From Malacoraja senta (Eukaryota), in the NCBI GenBank assembly GCA_038087875.1, contig JAXLNO010000552.1:1-37189 (forward strand): a stretch of DNA of 37,189 bases, read 5' to 3'. The position numbers and the translations under genes were made by a program. The stretch's first letter is position 1, and each line of letters begins with the position of its first letter. The notes under the pieces are model-generated. The model saw only the letters and a list, made by a program, of their open reading frames with translations, was not told the DNA's origin and did not search any database. Positions 31,345 through 37,189 of the stretch are shown in pieces.

Positions 31345-31894
31345 CAGGACTTACCAACGCGAGGCTGGCCGACTTCGGGGCTGCGGTGGCGTTCCGGCGG
31401 TGGCGTCCAAAGACACTGGTGGCGACTTGAATCCAGGGCTCGGCCGCGGCTGGCCCAGTGGACGACATCGTCGGGAGCTCGCAGGTCACAGGTGGGTGAC
31501 CTGGTTTTCTGGAGCTCCCGCAACTACAGCTGCGTCCGCTGGACTGGAGGGTGGCAGCTTCGACCACCCCGGGCCGCGGAGTTTGAACCGGCCCGTCGCT
31601 GAGCACGGATTCAGCCGCGGGATTGACTTACCATCACCCGGCAGGGTCACAACATCAGAAGCCTGGATCGCCTCAGCGCAGAGGGAAAACAAAGAGGGAA
31701 GAGACAGAGACTTTAAGACTTTTACCTCCATCACAGTGAGGAGGTGCCTGGTGAACTCACTGTGGTGGATGTTAATTTGTGTTTATTGTGTGTTTTGTTA
31801 TTTATTATTATATGTATGACTGCAGGCAACGAAATTTCATTCAGACCGAAAGTTCTGAATGACAAATAAAGGCATCTAATCTAATCTAATCTAA
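31345..31894 (+). mobile_element. Unclassified CpG-rich non-coding retroposon with LINE-like 3' tail
   Basis: GC-rich body, terminal hairpin TCATTCAGA..TCTGAATGA, AATAAA and (CTAAT)n tail. Confidence 0.6.
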
Positions 31895-32063
31895 AAATAT
31901 ATCCATTGACTTGGCCTCCACAGCTGTCCTTGGCAATGAATTCCACATGCAAATGCAAATAAAGGCTGTATTTCCAGTCAAAGATTCCAATCGTATTGGC
32001 TCAATAGTCGAGATTCAAGAGAGTTTAATTGTCGGGTGTACCGGGAACACCCATGTAAAATGA

Positions 32064-32372
32064 TGGTGGCACGTTGGTGCAGCGGGCAGAGCTACTGCCT
32101 CACAGCGCCAGAGACCAGGGTTCGATCCCAACTACGGGCGCTGCCTGTGCGGAGTTTGCACGTTCTCCCCGTGACCTGCGTGGGTTTTCTCCGGGTGCTC
32201 CGGTTTCCTCCCACACTCCAAAGACGTGCAGGTTGGTAGATTAATTGACTTGGCATAGATGTAAAAATCGTCCCTAGTGTAGGATAGCATTAATGTGTGG
32301 GGATCGCTGGTCGGTGAGGACTTGGTGGGCCGAAGGGCCTGTTTCCACGCTGTATCACTCTCTGACTCTAAA
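32064..32372 (+). mobile_element. V-SINE, full length
   Basis: A-box TGGTGCAGCGG, B-box GGTTCGATCCC, V-domain, tail. Confidence 0.9.
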
Positions 32373-32664
32373 TGTCTGTGACGGCCATGGTTCTTGCCTC
32401 GAGGCTTGCAGCACTGTTCAGGTCTCAAGGCCCCTCGACACTTTAGCAGCCTGAGTTTCCACCACATTCCAGTGACCACATACATCAGTATCCTAGTTCA
32501 TAACCAGCACATCAACATATAATTCAGCTGCTGCAGTAGCTCTTTACTTTAAAGTTGCCATTGACAGAAAAGAAACAAATGGCATGATAATTAAGTGATA
32601 GTCGGTGGTTTCAGTAATCTGCCGCCTTCTACAAAATCCCCAGCCTGTAATGAAGAAGGATTAT

Positions 32665-33256
32665 AGTTCAGTTTATTGTCACGTGTACCGAGGTTCAGTG
32701 AAAAGCTTTTGTTGTGTGCTAACCAGTCAGCGGTAAGACAATACATGATTACAATCGAGCCGTCCACAGTGTACAGATACAGGATAAAGGGAATAACGTT
32801 TAGTGCAAGGTAAAGCCAGCAAAGTCCGATCAAGGATAGTCCGAGGGTCACCAATGAGGTAGATAGTAGTTCAGCACTGCTCTCTGGTTGTGGTAGGATG
32901 GTTCAGTTGCCTGATAACAGCCGGAAAGAAACTGTCCCTGAATCTGGAGGTGTGCGTTTTCACACTTCTGTACCTCTTGCCTGTTGGGAGAGGGGAGAAG
33001 AGGGAGTGGCCGGGGTGAGACTGGTCCTTGATTATGCTGCTGGCCTTGCCGAGGCAGCGTGAGGTGTAGATGGAGTCAATGGAAGGGAGGTTGGTTTGTG
33101 TGATGGTCTGGGCTGCAATTTCTTGGGGTGTTGGATGGAGCTGTTCCCAAAACAAGCTGTGATGCATCCCGATAAAATGCTTTCTACGGCGCATCTGTAG
33201 AAGTTGGTGAGAGTTGTAGGGGACATGCCGAAATTCCGAAGCTGTCTAAGGAAGTT
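32665..33256 (-). mobile_element. Rex1/Babar-like LINE 3' end
   Basis: FLRQLRNFGMSPTTLTNFYRCAVESILSGCITA / LPSIDSIYTSRCLGKASSIIKDQSHPGHSLFSPLPTGKRYRS..FRDSFFP; AATAAA tail. Confidence 0.9.
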
Positions 33257-33337
33257 AAAAGCAGGTAAAAAGCTGTATAATATACAGCATGTTATGTATT
33301 GTTTGGGCCAGTTGTAACATAGAAACATAGAAAATGA

Positions 33338-33490
33338 CAGATTCTTGATTAGAATGGGTGTCAGGGGTTATGGGGAGAAGGCAGGAGAATGGGGTTGAGA
33401 GGGAAAGATAGATCAGGCATGATTGAATGGTGGAGTAGACTCGATGGGCTGAATGGCCTAATTCTGCTCCTTTCACTTATAAACCTATGA
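33338..33490 (+). mobile_element. CR1 3' UTR fragment
   Basis: GGGGTTATGGGGAGAAGGCAGG..GGCCTAATTCTGCTCC. Confidence 0.8.
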
Positions 33491-33539
33491 AGCTGCAGCA
33501 AGTATGAAAGTCATAGTTCTGTTTCCGGGACCTATGACA

Positions 33540-33610
33540 AACATAGAAACATAGAAAATAGGTGCAGGAGTGGGCCATTCGGCTCTTCGAGCCACCACCG
33601 CCATTCAATA
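33540..33610 (-). mobile_element. CR1 3' tail (inverted)
   Basis: Reverse complement of the (TTTCTATG)n tail and UTR hairpin. Confidence 0.8.
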
Positions 33611-34280
33611 GGCAGGGATTCAAATTTCTGGATCATTGGGACCTCTTTTGTGGAAGGTTCGACCTGTACAAAAAGGATGGGTTGCACTTGAACCTGAGGG
33701 GGACCGATATCCTGGCGGGGAGATCTGCAAAGGCTACTGGGGAGACTTTAAACTAGAATGGTTGGGGGGAGGGACTCAAATAGAGAATGCTATTAGACAG
33801 TGTGTGAGGCGGGAGGCAGAGAAGGAAAGCACTCAGACCCAACATGTAGGGGGGAAAGAAGAAAACAATAATAAACAGAGAATAAGAGGTGGTGGGGTTC
33901 TTAAATGGGTGAGCAGAGAAACAGAGGGGTGTAAAATGCGGGCGGAAGCAATAGGTAGCAAGGTGAAAATTAAAAGTGGCAGGCAGACAAATCCAGGGCA
34001 AAAATCAAAAAGAGCCACTTTTCAACATAATTGTATAAGGGGTAAGAGCGTTGTAAAAACAAGCCTGAAGGCTTTGTGTCTCAATGCAAGGAGCATTCGT
34101 AATAAGGTGGATGAGTTGAACGTGCAGATAGCAATTAATGATTATGATATAGTTGGGATCACGGAGACATGGCTCCAGGGTGACCAAGGCTGGGAGCTGA
34201 ACATCCAGGGATATTCAATATTCAGGAGGGATAGAGAGAAAGGAAAAGGAGGTGGGGTAGCGTTGCTGGTTAGAGAGGAG
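33611..34280 (+). mobile_element. CR1 LINE: ORF1 esterase (SGNH-like) C-terminus and ORF2 endonuclease N-terminus, interrupted by L1
   Basis: GFKFLDHWDLF..LYKKDGLHLN (ORF1); CLNARSIRNK..VGITETWL..FRRDR..GGGVALLVRE (APE). Confidence 0.9.
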
Positions 34281-34295
34281 CTTCATGTCGCGGTG

Positions 34296-34311
34296 CTGAT
34301 GACGTCATCAG
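34296..34311. promoter_or_regulatory. Perfect 16-bp palindrome containing a CRE/ATF site
   Basis: CTGATGACGTCATCAG in the L1 5' UTR. Confidence 0.55.
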
Positions 34312-34349
34312 TAAGCGCCGCGATTTTAACGGAGGGAAAGTCATTTTAA

Positions 34350-35345
34350 ATGAAAAGTACATCTCCAGGTCAGAGCCCACAGAGGAAAATCTCAAAACAT
34401 CTGCTAAAGACTCTGGAACAGCAAGAAACTTCAGAACTGACCTCTGGAGAGGTCTCTGGAATGGCTACTCGATCTGCAAAAGAGAAAACCGAAATGGAGG
34501 ACTTAAGAAACTCGGTAAGAGATATCAAAAATGATATGGAAGCTGGGAACAGTAAATTGATAGCCGGTAATGATAAAATACTTGAGGGTATTGAGGCTCT
34601 CCAAAAAAGAATTGAAGGTGTGGAAAAAGGACTATCGATAAAAATTGAAAAGGTGGTAGAAGAGACCACAAAGATGTTTGAGGCTGTGCACGAAACTGTG
34701 GCTGCAAATGCATCTGCAGTGAATGATTTGGAAGCTGCTGTGGAAGTGATGGCTGGAGAGATGCAGACTATGAAGTCAGAAATAGATAGTCTCAAGAACC
34801 AAGTCACAAAGGTTTCGAATAAATGTGTTGACCTAGAAGCTCGCTCAAGACGTCAAAATATAAGAATACGTGGTGTAAAAGAGGGAGCTGAGGGGGACAA
34901 TGTTTGTGAGTTCGCTGCCAACCTAATTAAACACGTACTGAAGCTACCAGAAGTACCTGTAATTGAAGTAGCACATCGACTCCCCAGATTTAAATCAAGA
35001 TCTCAAGGAGAACGTGCCTACCCACGACAGATCATAATTAAACTTCGGGATATCTCAACAATGGAAGCGCTGATGAAAAAAATCAACCACGGAGAGAAGA
35101 TGATGTACAGAGGTGATACTATTAAACTCCTACGGGACTACCCTTATGAGATAGAGCAAAAGAGAAGAAAGTTCTCACAGACCAGAGAAGTTCTTTATGG
35201 TGTTAAGGGAGTTTTGTGTGGAGTGTTTTACCCGGCTAGAATGCGTATCACCTTTGAGGGAGTGTCAAAAACATTCACTAATTCGGATGAATCTCTCAAA
35301 TACGCTCAAGAAATCGCGACTAAGGCTGCATCAACTGGAGACTGA
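34350..35345 (+). CDS. ORF1: L1 ORF1p (coiled coil, RRM, CTD)
   Basis: 331 aa with heptad region; DLEARSRRQNIRIRGVKE, IEVAHRL, PRQIIIKL, RDYP..KRRKF, FYPARMRITF. Confidence 0.93.
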   Translation: MKSTSPGQSPQRKISKHLLKTLEQQETSELTSGEVSGMATRSAKEKTEMEDLRNSVRDIKNDMEAGNSKLIAGNDKILEGIEALQKRIEGVEKGLSIKIEKVVEETTKMFEAVHETVAANASAVNDLEAAVEVMAGEMQTMKSEIDSLKNQVTKVSNKCVDLEARSRRQNIRIRGVKEGAEGDNVCEFAANLIKHVLKLPEVPVIEVAHRLPRFKSRSQGERAYPRQIIIKLRDISTMEALMKKINHGEKMMYRGDTIKLLRDYPYEIEQKRRKFSQTREVLYGVKGVLCGVFYPARMRITFEGVSKTFTNSDESLKYAQEIATKAASTGD

Positions 35346-35650
35346 AAACCAAGACGACATGAACAAATGAACTTGCTTATTCTTCCAACAAGAATATCAC
35401 AAGGAAAGTGAATTAACTGAACACTGATTTTTTATTTTTTATTTGACTTCAAGCAACAGATTCTTAGTGAGACGTGGCTAGACATTATTATCTTCGCTGG
35501 AACATTGTGCTATGTAATTCAAGGACACTACGTGCTCAAACGAGGAAAACCTGATAACGGGACGAACTGCTGGGCTGAGAGTGAAAAACATCACATGGCT
35601 TATATTGTTTATAAAAAACTGAAAAAACTGAGAACTAATAATAATTAACA

Positions 35651-36164
35651 ATTAACAATACTAATATAGAAATAGCAATTGAAATAGATAAAAAATGTGC
35701 AGTCTGCTCTGTTTAGCAGATAACAGCAAGTGCTATGCAGCTCGAGAGTGGAGGGAGGGGGAGACCGGGTACCTGGCATAACTCCAGGAGCCAGACTCCC
35801 GTTAACCCTTCCAGCGAACAGCTCATTTTTAACAATATTAAAATCAATTTAAAATAGTTAAGAGATAATATACACTCGAGGTTGATATGAAAAATATATA
35901 CGGCTTATATAGTTTTACAAAATGCTGAGAATTAATCATAATTAATAATTAACAATACTAATATAGAAATAATATTTGAAACTGATAAAACTGTGGTGCC
36001 TGCGTCATAACGCAGACAGCAGTTATCACCTATGTTCGCAGCTCGTGGAGAGGAGAAGAGATCAGGCACCTGGCACAATTCCAGGAACCTGACTCCGGTT
36101 AATCCACTCAGTAAACCGCTCACTTTAACAATACTAAATTCATTTTAAAATAGTTAAGAGATAA
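35651..36164 (+). repeat. Diverged ~217-bp direct repeat (period ~297) in the L1 inter-ORF spacer
   Basis: 35651-35868 versus 35948-36164 share ATTAACAATACTAATATAGAAATA, GCAGCTCG, ACCTGGCA..TCCAGGA, GTTAA, TTTAAAATAGTTAAGAGATAA. Confidence 0.85.
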
Positions 36165-36564
36165 AGAGTGAGTAGGATATGGAATCGAATACATTTGACA
36201 TATATATAAATTGTAACTGGGTGAAATAGAACTGAATTGGAAACGGTAATGACCCCATAGATTTTGGGTAAGAAATACAGCGGGGCTAACTTTATACCAA
36301 CTACGCCGGAAGCGTTATGGATGTCGTACCCCACAGACGAGTGGGCCACTCACTACGGTGTTGAAATTTTAGACACCGTAAATTTATTTGATTTATATAT
36401 ATATTTTTTTTTAATCACAATATGTCACATCTGTGTGTTTTTTCTTCAAGGACAATCGCGCAGGAGAACTACCAAGGAAGTCTATAATAGAAATACTCCC
36501 AAAATAACCAGAGTCCGGAGGTATGAACGCACCACAATAATTAAGGTCATTAAAATTGGTAAAA

Positions 36565-37189
36565 ATGCATGACGACAATCAAAAGAAAATAGGAGGAATC
36601 ACATTATGTAGTTGGAATATAAGGGGGATTAATGAACCTATTAAAAGGGGCAAGATACTAGCTCAGTTGAAATCATACAACACGGACATAGCGTTTCTAC
36701 AGGAAACACATCTTAAACAGCAAGATCAGACAAGACTGAGGGCGAACTGGATAGGCCAAACATTTCACTCTTCATTTACCTCTAAATCTAGAGGTACTGC
36801 AATTATTATTCGTAAAGGAATTCCATTTAAATCAAAGAACACTATTTTAGATAAGGAAGGGAGATATCTTATAGTAGCAGGGGAGATCAATAATATGCCA
36901 ATCACGCTGGTAAACATATATGCGCCCAACTTTGATAACCCTCAATTTTTTAATAAAATTCTGAATATAATTGCAGAATCTAATTATCAAAATGTTATAA
37001 TCGGAGGAGATTTTAATTGTGTTTTAGATCCTTATTTAGATAAATCGATGCAAAAACAAAAAGGTCAGACGAAATCTAAAACCAGTGAACTCTTACACAC
37101 ATATATGGAAAACACAAATATAACAGATGTATGGAGGATTGCAAACCCGACGGGAAGGGATTACTCGTTTTATTCAATGGTGCATAAAA
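36565..37189 (+). CDS. ORF2: L1 ORF2p N-terminus (APE endonuclease), runs off the window
   Basis: Hand translation: MHDDNQKKIGGITLCSWNIRGIN..DIAFLQETHL..SRGTAI..DKEGRYL..VNIYAPN..IGGDFN..DVWR..YSFYS, no stop. Confidence 0.93.
   Translation, partial: MHDDNQKKIGGITLCSWNIRGINEPIKRGKILAQLKSYNTDIAFLQETHLKQQDQTRLRANWIGQTFHSSFTSKSRGTAIIIRKGIPFKSKNTILDKEGRYLIVAGEINNMPITLVNIYAPNFDNPQFFNKILNIIAESNYQNVIIGGDFNCVLDPYLDKSMQKQKGQTKSKTSELLHTYMENTNITDVWRIANPTGRDYSFYSMVHK

Larger units (their letters stand above)
34281..37189 (+). mobile_element. L1-type LINE, 5' part, apparently young
   Basis: Short 5' UTR, intact ORF1, 1.2-kb spacer, open ORF2 endonuclease; interrupts a CR1 at 34280/34281. Confidence 0.93.

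Noticed and set aside
34296..34345. Hammerhead in the L1 5' UTR (CUGAUGA...GAAAGUC)
   Set aside because: No stem II can form between the boxes, and CUGAUGA is explained by the CRE palindrome
33636..34349. 237-aa ORF ending immediately before L1 ORF1
   Set aside because: It is the CR1 ORF2 start reading through the insertion junction into the L1 5' UTR
35725..35825. Definite twister ribozyme call
   Set aside because: Only the UAA/GA-GG internal-loop pattern resembles twister; loop 4 and both pseudoknots cannot be formed, so it is kept only as an unclassified structure

Overview
Eukaryotic, repeat-saturated DNA, most likely from a cartilaginous fish (skate/ray), inferred from HE1-type V-SINEs and their CR1 partner LINEs. 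I cannot support any host gene exon. Contents: (1) a 5.3-kb Gmr1-clade Ty3/Gypsy LTR retrotransposon on the minus strand (24036-29338) with PR-IN-RT-RH order, tRNA-Pro PBS, GATCA TSD and an apparently missing capsid region; (2) the 5' part of a young L1-type LINE (from ~34281) with intact ORF1, a 1.2-kb structured spacer and ORF2 running off the window; (3) many CR1 and Rex1/Babar LINE fragments, V-SINEs and Harbinger/hAT-like MITEs; (4) numerous Penelope-like element (PLE) remnants with GIY-YIG endonuclease fragments and minimal hammerhead ribozyme (HHR) motifs. The most unusual signal is a PLE-derived 66-nt tandem repeat that keeps the HHR cleavage half (GAAACGUC) but not the catalytic CUGANGA half. 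It forms arrays at six loci, and three arrays carry a near-identical 136-bp fold-back module. This suggests a young retrozyme-like or gene-conversion-spread non-autonomous system, although an assembly artefact is not excluded. A second candidate is a duplicated RNA structure with compensatory base changes in the L1 inter-ORF spacer. Fragment boundaries were read by eye and are approximate.
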